64,000 nt of DNA from Eledone cirrhosa (taxonomy: Eukaryota), in NCBI GenBank assembly GCA_964016885.1, contig OZ024741.1:133858001-133922000 (forward strand). The letters run 5' to 3'. A model generated the notes under the pieces. That model ran no database searches. It was not told the DNA's origin and saw only the letters and a program-made list of their open reading frames with translations. Positions 1 to 13,898 of the stretch are shown here, piece after piece. The stretch's first letter is position 1. Each line of letters starts with the position of its first letter. The position numbers and the translations under genes were made by a program.

Positions 1-99
1 CATTATTTGGACTATGTTATACATAAGCCTTGCATCTTCGAAATATATATAATAAAATAGAGATGATCTAAAGTAAATATCTTTTGTTTATTATTATTG

Positions 100-578
100 A
101 TGAGTTCAAATCCCGCCGTGGTTAACTTTGCCTTTCATCCTTACGGGGTCGATAAAATAAAGTACCAGTAATGCACTGGGTAATTGCCTGTCTTGTGCCA
201 AAAATAGAAACAATTATTATTGACGAGGCGGCGGATTGGCAATATCGCTAGAGGGTCGGACGCCATGCTTTGCAGCAAAGAGTTACGGCCCTTTATGGTC
301 TGAGTTCAAACTTCGCCGAGGTTAACTTTGCCTTTCATCCTTACGGGGTCGATAAAATAAAGTACCAGTAATACACTGGGGTATTTGCTGGCCTTGTGCC
401 AAAAGTAGAAACAAGTATTATTGATGCATAGAGTTACGGCCCTTGCCATTCTGAGTTCAAAGCCCGCCGAGGTTAACTTTGCCTTTCATCCCTACGGGGT
501 CGATAAAATAAAGTACCAGTAATGCACTGAAATAATTGTTGGCCTTTTGCCAAAAGTAAAAACCATTATTATTATTAT
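100..578 (+). mobile_element. Three tandem copies (two 5'-truncated) of a tRNA-derived SINE
   Basis: A-box-like TGGCAATATCGC and B-box GAGTTCAAATCCC, then the shared core TTAACTTTGCCTTTCATCCTTACGGGGTCGATAAAATAAAGTACCAGT and the tail CTTGTGCCAAAAGTAGAAACAATTATT. The same unit recurs about 15 times in the window. Confidence 0.85.
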
Positions 579-581
579 TAA

Positions 582-626
<45 letters not shown>

Positions 627-763
627 GTTTAGGCATTTATGCGCGAATATTTATCTTGTATATGTATGTTTGTGTGTACATATATATTCATTTACATATA
701 TATTCATTTACACCTGCGTATGTATATTTACTGTGTATATGTGTGTATATACGTTTATATGTA

Positions 764-1212
764 TAGGCAGAATTCTAGGAGAAGGCCATCCAAAATCACC
801 GGGAGAGATGACCCCTTAGCCTTTGTCAACGCAGAATTCTAGGAGAAGGAAAACTCTGATATAACACCTGCAACCCTGATGGTATCCAATGATGTTGACT
901 TGTTCTTGTTTTTGGTAAATATCATCTTGGTTAAGAGAGTGGGACTGGCTTTGTGCAGTGCCTTTGCTCACTATAAAAGCTTCACGGCACAGGCATTGCT
1001 TTATATCTGTAGATCTCTCTGCACTTGTCGTTACATGGTACCATGGGCCCAGCACTATGTGTCAATAATTGTCACAAGTGTAGTGTTTGTACCAGAGTTT
1101 TCAAGTCGCTGGCTGGACTAAAAAGTCACACTCGTTCAGCGCATCATTAGGGGTTCTCCTACATGGATATAAAGTAGTGGCCGTACTCGAAAACGAGTTG
1201 GCAGCCACCATG
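764..1212 (+). mobile_element. 5'-truncated copy of the ORF-less (TATG)n-associated element (full copy 27396-28005)
   Basis: Near-identical to 27578-28005; ends in the GTGGCCG-ACTCG-AAAA-CGAGT-CAGCCAC stem-loop followed by CATGTAT. Confidence 0.8.
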
Positions 1213-1411
1213 TATATGCGTACATATGAAATTGCATGCATTTGTATATTCAAACAACCACTTCATCCAGCCAACCCTACCAACCTTTTCACTAACCCCT
1301 AAACTCCCACCTTCACATTCATCACCTGCTTCCCACTGACCAGTTAACATTTTCATTCTATCATCTTCTTCACACAGCCCAGTTCTCCACCTACTGCCAC
1401 CACCACCAAAC

Positions 1412-2021
1412 AATAATAATAATTGTTTCTACTTTTTGGCACAAGGCCAGCAAATTAACAATGTATTACTGGTACTTTATTTTATCGACCCAATAAGGAT
1501 GAAAGGCAAAGTTAACCTCGGCGGGATTTGAACTCAGAATGGCATGGGCCGTAACTCTATACGTCAAAGCATGGCGTCCGACCCTCTACCGTTACTGCCA
1601 ATCCATCGCCCTTCCAAACAATTATGATAATGATTTCTAGTATAGGCACAAGGCCAGTAATTTGGTGGGGAGGGGAAAGTCGATTAAATTTACCCCAGTT
1701 CATTACTGGTGCTATATTTTATCGACCCCGTAAGGAAGAAAGGCAAAGTTAACCTCGACGGGATTTGAACTCAGACTGTAAAAGACCGTAACTCTATGCT
1801 GCAAAGCATGGCGTCCGACTCTCTACCGATACTGCCAATCCACCGCCCTTCTACGTTTGGCACAAGGCCAGCAATTTCTCCAGTGCATTACTGGTACTTT
1901 ATTTTATCGACCCCCGTAAGGATGAAAGGCAAAGTTAACCTCGACGGGATTTGAACTCAGAGCGTAAAGAGCTATAACTCTCTGTTACAAACCATGGTGT
2001 CTGACGCTCTACCGATACTGC
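1412..2021 (-). mobile_element. Three tandem tRNA-SINE copies
   Basis: Reverse complement of the SINE core, B-box (GGGATTTGAACTC) and A-box region, three times. Confidence 0.85.
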
Positions 2022-2031
2022 ATAATAATAA

Positions 2032-2856
<825 letters not shown>

Positions 2857-2998
2857 TTTATGCATTGAAACCGTGTGACGTAATGCATTATGTCGTTGTC
2901 ACGATGTTGTTACGCAACATACAGTCAGAGGATGAAGAAGCGAGCATTGTTTTTTGTTTGTCTGCGTCTCTTATGTAAAACGCCCACAAATGTTGTTT

Positions 2999-3070
<72 letters not shown>

Positions 3071-3170
3071 ACATACATACATACATACATACATACATAC
3101 ATACATACATACATACATACATACACACATATATATATATATATATATATAGATATAGATAGGTAAATAT

Positions 3171-4032
3171 ACACGGGTGTGTATGATTGTGTATAGAAGA
3201 TTATATTAATAAGAGGAATTCCAACTTTGTCTGATTTACTCGTTTTATTTACAATCCTTTAAAATATATATAATGGTATTATAATGAAATAGTATGATAG
3301 AATATTAAATTCTAAGTGTTAATTGAACAAGTACTTTCATGCTTTCGCAATCTTCAGGTTCATGATATGTGGTGACAGTCGAGTTTGCAATTTTCAACTG
3401 TAATGAGATGGGTAAATTTCCTACCTTTTATACATTTTATACAGAGAAAAGTGGCTCCAGAATGCAAAGCCCTGTAAACTGTATTTCGACCAATCAGTGT
3501 GTAGTTTCACTGAATTACTACAGCTGATTGGTTTAAGCGTCACGGCTGGTTGAACATGCTAACGACCAATAGTCATATCCAACGTATCAATTGTTTTGCT
3601 TTTTTGAAATGATGAAAATGCTATTTTCATCATTTCAAAAAAGCAAAACAATTGATACGTTGGATATGACTATTGGTCGTTAGCATGTTCAACCAGCCGT
3701 GACGCTTAAACCAATCAGCTGTAGTAATTCAGTGAAACTACACACTGATTGGTCGAAATACAGTTTACAGGGCTTTGCATTCTGGAGCCACTTTTCTCTG
3801 TATAAAATGTATAAAAGGTAGGAAATTTACCCATCTCATTACAGTTGAAAATTGCAAACTCGACTGTCACCACATATCATGAACCTGAAGATTGCGAAAG
3901 CATGAAAGTACTTGTTCAATTAACACTTAGAATTTAATATTCTATCATACTATTTCATTATAATACCATTATATATATTTTAAAGGATTGTAAATAAAAC
4001 GAGTAAATCAGACAAAGTTGGAATTCCTCTTA

Positions 4033-4040
<8 letters not shown>
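3171..4040. mobile_element. Fold-back (palindromic) PLE pLTR-type insert, arms 3202-3619 and 3623-4040
   Basis: 418-bp arms are reverse complements around a 3-nt loop (GCT); each arm carries an HHR motif; a sister copy lies at 34491-34905. Confidence 0.85.
3880..3918 (+). ncRNA. Type I hammerhead ribozyme motif (mirror copy on - strand about 3324-3362)
   Basis: TGAAC-CTGAAGA-T-TGC/GAAA/GCA-T-GAA-AGTACT-T-GTTCA: stem I TGAAC/GTTCA, CUGANGA and GAA cores, palindromic stem III. Confidence 0.75.
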
Positions 4041-4076
<36 letters not shown>

Positions 4077-4090
4077 CATATATATGTGTC

Positions 4091-4170
<80 letters not shown>

Positions 4171-4202
4171 TGTGTCTGACGCTCTACCGATATATATATA
4201 TA

Positions 4203-4500
4203 TGGCGGCGAATTGGCAGAGTCGTTAAGACGTCGGATAGGATGCTTTACGGTATTCGTCCCACTTCTTTGCGCGCTCTGATTTCAAATCCCGCCGTGGT
4301 CAACTTTGCCTTTCATCTTTTCGAGGTCGATAAAAAAAAGTACCAGTCCAGTACTGGGGTCGATTCTTCCTCTATAGAAAAAGTCGGCTGTGTTCAGGCC
4401 TGGAGAGGGGGAGAGGGTTGGGCTCCGCCAGGTTTAAATATGCCCTAGACATGCCGTATGATTGCCTCTACGAATCCACAAGGAGTTATGTGATCTTTAT
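4203..4500 (+). mobile_element. tRNA-SINE variant with a different 3' tail
   Basis: Same head and core (TTTGCCTTTCATCTTTTCGAGGTCGATAAA), followed by a tail (GGCTCCGCCAGGTTTAAATATGCCCTA...GGAGTTATG) also seen at 23870-24050. Confidence 0.7.
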
Positions 4501-4519
4501 CCTATATATATATATATAT

Positions 4520-4665
4520 GCTGGACTCCACCAGAGGGCGCTAGCCCCGGTGTTTGCATAGCTACGGCTTCCTAAATGTTTTACCCTGTAAACATACCGT
4601 GTTTCTTTAGAAATACGAAATTCTATAGATATCTGTTGTACAGCTATGCTTGAAGCTAAATCCTA
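4520..4665 (+). repeat. Fragment of the ~330-nt retrozyme-like family at 59666-60460
   Basis: Shares CCACCAGAGGGCG...CCGGTGTTTGCATAGCTACGGCTTCCTAAA...TTTCTTTAGAAATACGAAATT; flanked by (TA)n on both sides. Confidence 0.75.
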
Positions 4666-4818
4666 TATATATATATATGCATAAATGAAGTATTTCTGTA
4701 GGAAAGGTAACGGAAAAGAGAGTGCTCTATGTAGGCTACAGAGTTTTTTAGTTATGTAATAAACAACATAAGATAATTATTTCATTTACCAGTGGTTTCT
4801 TGAGGACAGATATTTATA

Positions 4819-4876
4819 TCTTCTGATGACTGAAGACAGATATAAATATCTGTCTTCAAGAAACCACTGGTAAATG
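4819..4876 (+). ncRNA. Hammerhead motif inside a small fold-back insert (4753-4905)
   Basis: CTGATGA-C-[TGAAGACAGATAT/ATATCTGTCTTCA]-A-GAAACCACTGGTA; 4753-4820 is the inverted copy of 4839-4905. Confidence 0.65.
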
Positions 4877-4900
4877 AAATAATTATCTTATGTTGTTTAT

Positions 4901-4951
<51 letters not shown>

Positions 4952-4965
4952 TATTGAAAGGTTAG

Positions 4966-5011
4966 TTATCTGATGATCCTGTGATAAACAGGCGAAAACC
5001 CAGAGTAATAA
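4966..5011 (+). ncRNA. Type I hammerhead motif in a short (TA)n-flanked insert
   Basis: TTAT-CTGATGA-T-CCTG/CAGG-C-GAAA-AC..GTA-ATAA; stem I TTAT/ATAA. Confidence 0.65.
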
Positions 5012-5684
5012 GACTCACTTTTTATCCTATATATATATATGGCAGACACAGTATATATATGGAAGAATTGGGGTGGAGAAGGAGGTAATAATAATAGAGA
5101 AGGTGTAATTATAATAAGATGGGCAGGGAGGTGGTGGCAGTGTGGAGGGGAAGAGATAAAGGGTATTCATTGGTATAGCCAAAAAAAATAGAAACTTAGC
5201 CATCGCAATTTAACTGGTCAGTGTGGAGGTGAATGTATAAGGGGTGAGTGAAACATCTTGATGGGTTTGGTGGAAGGAATATACACATACATACAATTAC
5301 CTACACGTAAACATATCTACATGTAAAACCACATAAACAGATGCTATATTAGGGGTGGTTGGAGCATTTCTGAATTGTGTGTATAGGGTGGGTGGGGGTA
5401 ATTTGTGATTAGTTTAGCACTGTGCACTTTATAAAGGTCAGAAAATGCAATGTGAGTCCAAGCAGGCCATATTACACTTGCAGCTTTCAATACTTATAAA
5501 GTGATTATAGCAAAATAACCTATGAAATCTGTCTCTGAAGACACACACTAGCAATTGCAAATAGTGATACATGCAGACGAAATTATGCCATGACAAAAGA
5601 ATTTACTATGAAGCTTAACTTAATATATTACACTGTTATTATCAAATATCAACCAAGATACAAAAAAAACTTATGCGATAAACA

Positions 5685-5743
<59 letters not shown>

Positions 5744-5752
<9 letters not shown>

Positions 5753-6016
5753 TAAAACATGTCTATAGAATCACAAGATAAAATATATACTATTTCCTCT
5801 CCCAATTAGCATAATTAACTATATAAAAAATCGAATAGACCAGGCTATACGAATGAGGCTTCTATGAAGGAATCTCTATGAAGGAGATTCCTTCATAGAA
5901 GCCTCATTCGTATAGCCTGGTCTATTCGATTTTTTATATAGTTAATTATGCTAATTGGGAGAGGAAATAGTATATATTTTATCTTGTGATTCTATAGACA
6001 TGTTTTATGATATATA
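5744..6016. repeat. Perfect palindrome with 133-bp arms and a 7-nt loop, abutting (TA)n
   Basis: 5744-5876 is the reverse complement of 5884-6016. Confidence 0.85.
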
Positions 6017-6339
6017 GCTCTGATTGTTTAATTTATTAATTTTTCATTAAGCCAAAAAGTGACCAGTTGCAAAAGACGTATATGTATGTGTATGTGTATG
6101 TATATGTAAACTTTTATATATATATATATATAATGTGTATGTATGTGTGTGTGTGTGTGTGTATTCATTAATTGAGTTATTGTCGTTAAACTTAAGAGTA
6201 TCATTGTTGAATATCGTGGAACTTATATACACATGCAAACCCAAACATAAGCATATACATAAATAAATAAATACCCGCAAGTACTCACACGCACACATAC
6301 ATACATATATGCACAAATAGATACATACACATATATAAA

Positions 6340-9073
6340 CAAATAAACACACAAAGGAGTTTTTCTACCACAACAAATAGATGACCAAACAGAGGCACAG
6401 TTTACCATAGCTAGAAATAAACTTAGACAGGTAGTAGAACAATATACTTGGAGACAAAACAGACCATAGATTCAACATCTTGGAAGAAAACCTGCAGAAA
6501 GCCTACTTAGCCTCATGCAGCGCATAAGGGATGGTGAGGTAGTGTGTCTACCTTCAGACAAATTCGGTAGGATGTCAATAGACAACATGCCAAACTATAT
6601 CATGGCTATGCAACCCCACTTCATCAACACGAGCGAAATAACACCATAAACACACGAGGAAAGAGAGAAGATACTCAATGCTCACATGATGATGTGGACC
6701 GACATCCTAAAACCAAGTAGACGCACAGCCAATAATTTCCAAGCCTCTGACAATGACACACCATCCTTGTATGGGCTCCGCATAGACCATAAAACAACTA
6801 ACGACCCTATGACAGGACCACCAACAAGACCTGTATGCGCAGCCAATATTGCCAGTAACTACAGGATCTCCTGCTTCCTCTCTATGATTATACGCCCCAT
6901 AATTAAAATGTCCCCAGATATATGTGAGGACCTTCTCAGTAGAATCAATGAATTAATGCAACAATAACGAAAACTTAACAAATTGCATACTAGGCAGAAT
7001 AGATGTAATATCCCTGTACCCATCCATTGATATTGATTTTGCTGTGGGAAAATGTGTGGAAATAATCAATGGGGGTGAGGTAGAGTTCTGCGACCTTGAC
7101 ACAGATGAACTGGGCCTCCTACTTAGACTTACATATGACAATGAACACTTAAATAATTATGACCTTAGCAGTTTCTGCCCCTGTAGGCCAATAAGAGGTA
7201 GACCCCCAACCCACCATAACTTCAATGTCTAAAAAGACTCCAATAGGAAGATGCAATGGATGGACCAAAGCCATAAGGACACCCCAAAACAACAATCAGG
7301 TAAGAAAAATGGTCGCACATGCAGTAGGGGCTAGCATTAAAACTACCCTAAAGGCCACATATTTAAACTACACCCAGAATGAGGAAGTAGCTATTGGCGT
7401 CAGCATAGCTGGTGATGTTGCCAACCTATTGGGAAAGGAGATTCAGATAACTCCTAGGAAAGAACACCATAGCCCTCGTCATGTACTCTCGTTACGTAGA
7501 CGATATCAATATAGTAATAAGAACACCCCCACAAGAGAGTACCAATAAACCTGAACTAGGAAATAACACACTGGAGAGCATCCAGCAGATAGCTAATTCC
7601 ATACACCAGAGCATAACAGTAACTATTGACTACCCTTCCAAACACCCCAACAATAAACTACCAGTATTAGACACGGAACTCTGGTAAAACACTATAAACG
7701 AGAGGGCCCAAATTCTCCACTCACATTATGCTAAACCCATGGCCTCCAAACACCTTACACTAAATAAACTAAGCAATGTCCAATAGTGCTAAGTTTAATA
7801 TTCTGATCGCAGACTTGGTAAGAGGGATGAAGAACGTGTCCCACATGTGCGATTCAACTGAAATGGAAAGGCACATCCAACACTTCATCAATCGCATGTA
7901 GTTCTCTGGTTACAACCAAAGAGACAAAATCAGAGTGTACAAAGGAGCCATAGAGAAATATAAGACCCTCATAGAAATGGACACGAAAGGGATTTTCCCA
8001 TTCTACAGGAGCAAATCATGGAATAGCATAGATAGAACTAAACATAAGGTAGGGAAAGCCATTTCATGGTACGACAACCAGAGATACTAGAGTGTCATGT
8101 TCGTGGATGGAACCCCTGGAGGGAAATTAGCTACCCAATTTAGAGATTAAAGTGGTAGAAAAGCCAGGAACTACAATAAAATCCCTGATCAGCAAAACAT
8201 ACCCCTTTAAGAAAACCCACTGTACGAATAAGAAATGTATTATATGTAGAATAAATCCTCAAATAAATTGTAAAACTAGAAATGTAAGCAATAGCATAAG
8301 ATGTACAGAGGGTACTTGCAGAAACATGACACGATATACATAGGTGAGACAGCTCGAAGCATAGGAGAGGGAATAGACCAACACTGGGGGGAACTAAAAG
8401 GACGAAAAGACGGTTCGCTACTATATGAACACGCCAGACAAAGACATGGTGGTAATATAGACAACATGGAAATTAAAATAATATCTAAGCATAGAAATGA
8501 CTCAACAAGTTGACAAATCAGAGAAGCAAATGAAATAGAACTTAAAAAACCAAAGTTAAACAGAAAGAACGAATGGAATAGCAACAACCATACACAAACA
8601 CATAATACTGACCTAAGATGAATATAAATAAATAAATATACACAGATACAATAATAACAACCACATATAAACACAGACTAGTGAACAAAGATAGAATACA
8701 CACATAGACTCAGACACAAACACAAACACACACCAAACAGAAAACACACATGCAATCGCATGCGCAAACAGAGACAGAGACAAGAATAAATAAATAAATA
8801 AAATAAAAATGGTGTAGATATTACAATACAACTGGAGAAAACATAATAGTACCACTGATGATGTCACAAGTGTGTGATGAAATAACTTTAATAGACTATA
8901 TATGTTTATATCTGTATTTTTAACCGTTGGTCAATCAATGAGAAACACTGATTGCCAGATAAATTAACTATGGAGATATAAAAGATACAGAAGCGAAAAC
9001 CAACCCAAACCAATCAGTGAGCGTGTTCTATTATTTCTGGCAATATTATAACAATATGACCCTCCTCAAATAT

Positions 9074-9078
<5 letters not shown>
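6340..9078 (+). mobile_element. Decayed Penelope-like retroelement (RT plus GIY-YIG pseudogene) with 3' pLTR
   Basis: Fragmented frames contain PPTRPVC, DVISLYPSI, YSRYVDDI, LPVLD, a CxxxxCxxC linker and IYIGETARS. The 3' end has a degenerate HHR (CTGATGA..GTCACA/TGTGAT-GAAA, 8855-8882) and ends in (TA)n. Confidence 0.85.
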
Positions 9079-9133
<55 letters not shown>

Positions 9134-9329
9134 TTTACACATTTTAAATCGTGAATTTCTATTTTTTCCTTTCCCTTTTCCATATCTCTCTCACTCCCTC
9201 TCTCTTCTTTTGTATTTTTTCTACCTGCATTTCTTCTGAGAATGCCACACATAGCAGTATCTGCTTCATTCCTTGTAACCATACCAGCTACGTTGAAACT
9301 GTGGGTCGCATCTCATTAGAAACAGACCC

Positions 9330-9500
9330 AGAAATGTCATCGGGGGCCCTTTACCCCTATTTCAAGAAACCTCAAGACAAAGTCAAGACAAAGATTGGTA
9401 AGACATTCTGAGCTCTGTTAGAGAAGTATTTTCCACAGATAAAGTAAAATATTCAACGAACGTCCGGTTAAGATGATCTATACCTGTACTCCTTACATGT
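9330..9500 (+). pseudogene. PLE (Neptune-type) RT C-terminal fragment
   Basis: Reads KVKTKIGKTF*ALLEKYFP..KIFNERPVKMIYTCTP, resembling the NIGKxFLxLIDKHFP..KIFNRNTVKVSYSC region of PLEs. Confidence 0.5.
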
Positions 9501-9724
9501 ATGTTGCTTTCGTTAATTTGTTTTAAAGACAAAAACCGCTCCTAACTGCATTATCCTTTATTTTCCAACAATCTGGATTAGTTTATACTATTTGAGTTTG
9601 AGTTGTATTTCTGACATGAAAGTTTTGTCATTTTATTGCAGAGATAATCACAGTTAATGAAAACGTTATAACCCACTATAATACATATTTGAGATTCTAC
9701 CATTATCTCTCTCGTTTCTCTTTC

Positions 9725-9858
<134 letters not shown>

Positions 9859-9884
9859 TATCGGTGCTCTGAAATAGAGATGTA

Positions 9885-10322
9885 TACATGAATGTATGTA
9901 TAGTATACTCGTATTTGGCAATATGCCGTATGTTTGTATGTTTAATTAAAAACATTTAGAAGACAATTCGCTAAGAGTTTAAAATAGTGACATAGTCACT
10001 ACTTTAAACTCATAGCGAATGCCCTTCTAAATGTTTTAATTAAACACACGGTAGATTTCCAAATATACTATACATACATTTACATATATATATATATATA
10101 TATATATATAACCAAATTAAAAGATATATGTTTATATAAAGAGAGAGAAAGAGCCATATATCGTAAAAGAAACACGGTAATTTGTATATACGATTCCACC
10201 CGTATACATATTCTTCTATAGAATCTGTATTTGGTATATATATATACAATATACCGTGTTTCTTTTACGATATATGGCTCTTACTCTCTATATATAAACA
10301 TATATCTTTTAATTTCGTTATC
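9885..10322. repeat. Two adjacent older, imperfect fold-back inserts (about 9885-10085 and 10107-10322)
   Basis: Centre TAGTGAC-ATA-GTCACTA at about 9992; the second pair is GAGCCATATATCGTAAAAGAAACACGGTA versus TACCGTGTTTCTTTTACGATATATGGCTC. Confidence 0.7.
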
Positions 10323-10422
10323 ATGCCTCTAGATAAAGTCTATTGAGCTTACTTATTGAGAAACACAAAATTCTAAACATATTTGATATGTTTTGATTCA
10401 TCATTTGTGTGTGTGTGTGTGC

Positions 10423-10499
<77 letters not shown>

Positions 10500-10788
10500 A
10501 GAGAGAGAGAGCGGACGAGCTCAGCAGAGTCAACGGCCATCCAATAAAGTTGTTTTTTTGTGAAACGAGAGACTCCTAGTCTTCATTAAGACATGTCTCT
10601 AGAAGATCACTCTGATATAAAACCTGCGACTTCGTTTGCGTCCAATGATATAAATCAGTTATACTTTTTGGGTAAATGCACTCGATATGTGACATTTTTT
10701 GCGATGGATGGCATGACTAAAAAGCCATGTCCGTGATACTCATGCTTAAGTATTAAGCGATGGCATTATTCGAAATCGAAGTGCAGCC

Positions 10789-10924
<136 letters not shown>

Positions 10925-11169
10925 AGAGGTGAATTTCTTAAAAAATATACCGTAGCTCTTTTAAAAAACTTTCTGCGTCATTTCAGTGATATTTAATGTA
11001 TTTTACTATATTTTCTTCTAGCCGTATAGCGCAAAGTCGATTCCTGTGTAATAAAATATTGAATATATTTTTACAAAATATATCTAATTTCCATAAATAT
11101 AAACTTAAAATGGTATAGATGAAAATACGTAAACCTTACACACACACACTATATATATATATATATATA

Positions 11170-12090
11170 TCGTTTTTAAATTTGTTTTGCAAGATTTCTT
11201 ATCTGAAAACGTGTGTTGCAACAGATATTGTTATACTTTGGGAGGGTCATGCTGCCAATAAAAACACACGCACTGTTGATTTTCACTGCAATTTATTATG
11301 AATTTTCGTTTGGTTGGTTCAATAAGCGGATGGTTGATTATATATTGTCAAAGCTCTTTCGTCACACATTGTGTGACTTCCTCAGTGACAGGGTTTTTAA
11401 TTTGTGTCTCTCCTTTGTTCTGTCCTACATCTTATTTTTGTATGTTGTGTGTTGTGTACTTGCTTTGCGCATGCGTTACATCCAGGTGTGTGTGTGTTTA
11501 TCTATCTATTTATGTGTTTATTTACTAGTTGTTTGTTTGTTCAATCTGTGTGTGCTTCATTTGTTTTATTGGTTTGGTTTTTGTGTGTGTTTTTATGTCT
11601 TCATTTTGTCCTTAATTACTAGTTGTGATGCTGCTATTCCACTTTTCTGTTTAATTATGGCTGGAGTTCGTTTATGTTTGTCGCCTCTGTAATTTGTCTG
11701 GGCATTGCATCTTTTCTGTGTGTGGATATAATTTTTATCTCTATGTTCTCTGTGTCCCTATGTTCTATTTTGGCATGCTGGTGGAGTACTGATGAGTTTT
11801 TCCCATCCTGGAGTTCTCGCCAGTGTTCACTTATCCTTTCTCTTATGCTACGGGCTGTTTCACCTATGTATGTTGTGTTCTTATTCCTACACTGTTTCTC
11901 AGTACATCTTATGCTATATACTACGTTTCTAGTTTTGCAGTTAGTTTGCAGGCTTAGCTTGCAGACTCTGCATTTCCTATCAGTGCATGGGGTTCTTTGA
12001 AATGGATATGTTTTACTAATTAGGGTTTTTATGGGAATACGTGGTCTTCCAACTATCTTAATATTCAATTTACTAAGTCTGCAATCAGTA
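11170..12090 (-). mobile_element. 5'-truncated Penelope-like element: GIY-YIG domain plus 3' pLTR
   Basis: ORF 11655-12143: CTDRKCRVC, NVVYSIRC, TYIGETARSIRERISEH, R..TE..IN; homologous to 8150-9078. Confidence 0.9.
11346..11390 (-). ncRNA. Type I hammerhead ribozyme in PLE pLTR
   Basis: TGTCA-CTGAGGA-A-GTCACA/TGTGAC-GAA-AGAGCT-T-TGACA: 5-bp stem I, 6-7-bp stem II, minimal stem III. Confidence 0.8.
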
Positions 12091-12546
12091 TATTGATTTT
12101 CATGCGATAATGTATGTTGTATTATATATTCCGACATATTCACACATGTTCAAATATATAATCGCTCATATTCATACACATAAAGTTATCGCTAACCCTC
12201 TAAGACAGATACACACACTAATCAGCCCTCGGCGAGAATCGTATAATGTTTATTAACAGAAAGTTATTTTTAAATCTTAGCGTTTAATATATTCATTTAC
12301 ACCAAATAATGAAAATATATAAATAATATTCTAGACTCTTAATAAATCACAAGGAATGTTTTAAAGAATGTTTTGTAATTCTTTAGGGAATTTATCATGA
12401 AAATATGTATGTATGTATGTATACTTGTATATATGTATGGTTGTATGTATGTGTACATGTATGTATGTATGTATGTATGCATGGTTGTGTGTATGTATGT
12501 ATATGTAAGTATGAATGCCTGCATGTATGTATGTGTATGTATGTTT

Positions 12547-13835
12547 GTTATCTCTTTCTCTTAATTTCGAGTATATTTTTTGACCGGCCACATTCCTGGT
12601 GGCAAGGTTGTAAAAGAAAAGAAATTGTCATCCCTTGAATCGCAAGAATGTTTTGCTAATTTTGAAGGTGCCAGCTATCGCAGCCATTTGTAGACTATGA
12701 ATTAGGGAGCTGCGCTCTTTGTCCGCAAATCCAAGTTCAGTCATACTTTGGTCCAAACGGGTTGGTATATAACCCGTAGCTCCAATAATGATGGGTATGA
12801 AGCTAAAGGTGTATCTTGGATACTGGATTTGTAAACTCCTCATCAATAGTCCGTAAATGTCCTCCTTCTCCTGTATTTTTCTGACAACGTTTACATCAAG
12901 TGGGCAGCTGATCTCCACAACAGAACACGTGTTCAATGTGTGGTCCCAAACAACAATATCAGGCCGGTTGTGCTTTAATTTGGTGGTAGTTTTTATTTTC
13001 AGGTTCCATCAGTATTCCTTAGTGCCATCTGCCTCAATATATTCTTCCTCGCTTGTTGTTAATTTTGTTTTCCGAAGTGCGTTCCAGATGGTTCTAGCTA
13101 TCCCATCGTGTCTCATGGAGAGGTAGTAGCGAGATGACATTCTTTCGCAGCTGGCAACAATGTGGCTTACATCCTCGATCTTTGTTTTACATAGCCTACA
13201 TTTATTGTCAGTTGATGGCCCTCCCCGTTTGTGCAGCAGATATTTGGTAGGGAGTTCTTGTTCCTGTATTGCATAGAGATATTCTTCAATGTGTGATGAC
13301 ATAAACTTGTCGGAACTCCATGCCAGGCTTTTTGGGTGGTTTATCCCCTCTATGGTCTGTGTTTTACGTCTCAAGTATCCATGCACAACTTTTTCTGTAA
13401 ATTGGTCAATTTTTTCATCTTGTTTGAACATTGAATAGGATCTTCCGATTTCTCTGGGTGAGGGATTTATATCAGGCTTTATTCCATATCTCTCCTCCAG
13501 ATCAGTGGCTATTCTAATGATATATTTTTTTCACGCTCATAAACCTCGGCAAGATGGTTGCCAACCTTTTTCCTCTGTTGAAGGTGTTGCTTCAGTGTTA
13601 CTATCCGGGTCTCATATGATGTTAATATGGATTTTAGACTCCGGCCACCTTCCTTACGTGAGAAGTATAGCCTATCCAAATCACCATTGATGTTAAAGTT
13701 CCCAGTAAGACTGAGAAGTTTGCGAGTTCTAACATCCATCTCACTTAGTTCTTGCAATGACCAGTTCAGTAGGCCAAATGTTGGCGTTAGAATTTTCACA
13801 GCATAAGTATTGTGGGCAATATATTTGTTGTACGC
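12547..13835 (-). mobile_element. RLE non-LTR retrotransposon family 1 (R4/Dong-like), 5'-truncated
   Basis: CRLC..EDVSHIVASC zinc knuckle, RHD, RPDIVVWD..VEISCP..K endonuclease; frames disrupted; flanked by (TATG)n on both sides. Confidence 0.9.
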
Positions 13836-13898
13836 TGTTTGTATATATGTTTGTATGTATGTATGAATGTATGTATGTGTGTATTTATATGTATGTAT

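Noticed and set aside
224-330. tRNA genes at SINE heads
   Set aside because: A and B boxes are present but run into the SINE core; no convincing cloverleaf.
816-1121. 79-80-aa ORFs duplicated at 27610-27915
   Set aside because: Conserved only because the repeat copies are near-identical; overlapping on both strands with no domain.
5860-5900. CTATGA followed by a hairpin (also about 9970-10015) as a hammerhead
   Set aside because: G5 is missing and no GAAA half follows; not called.
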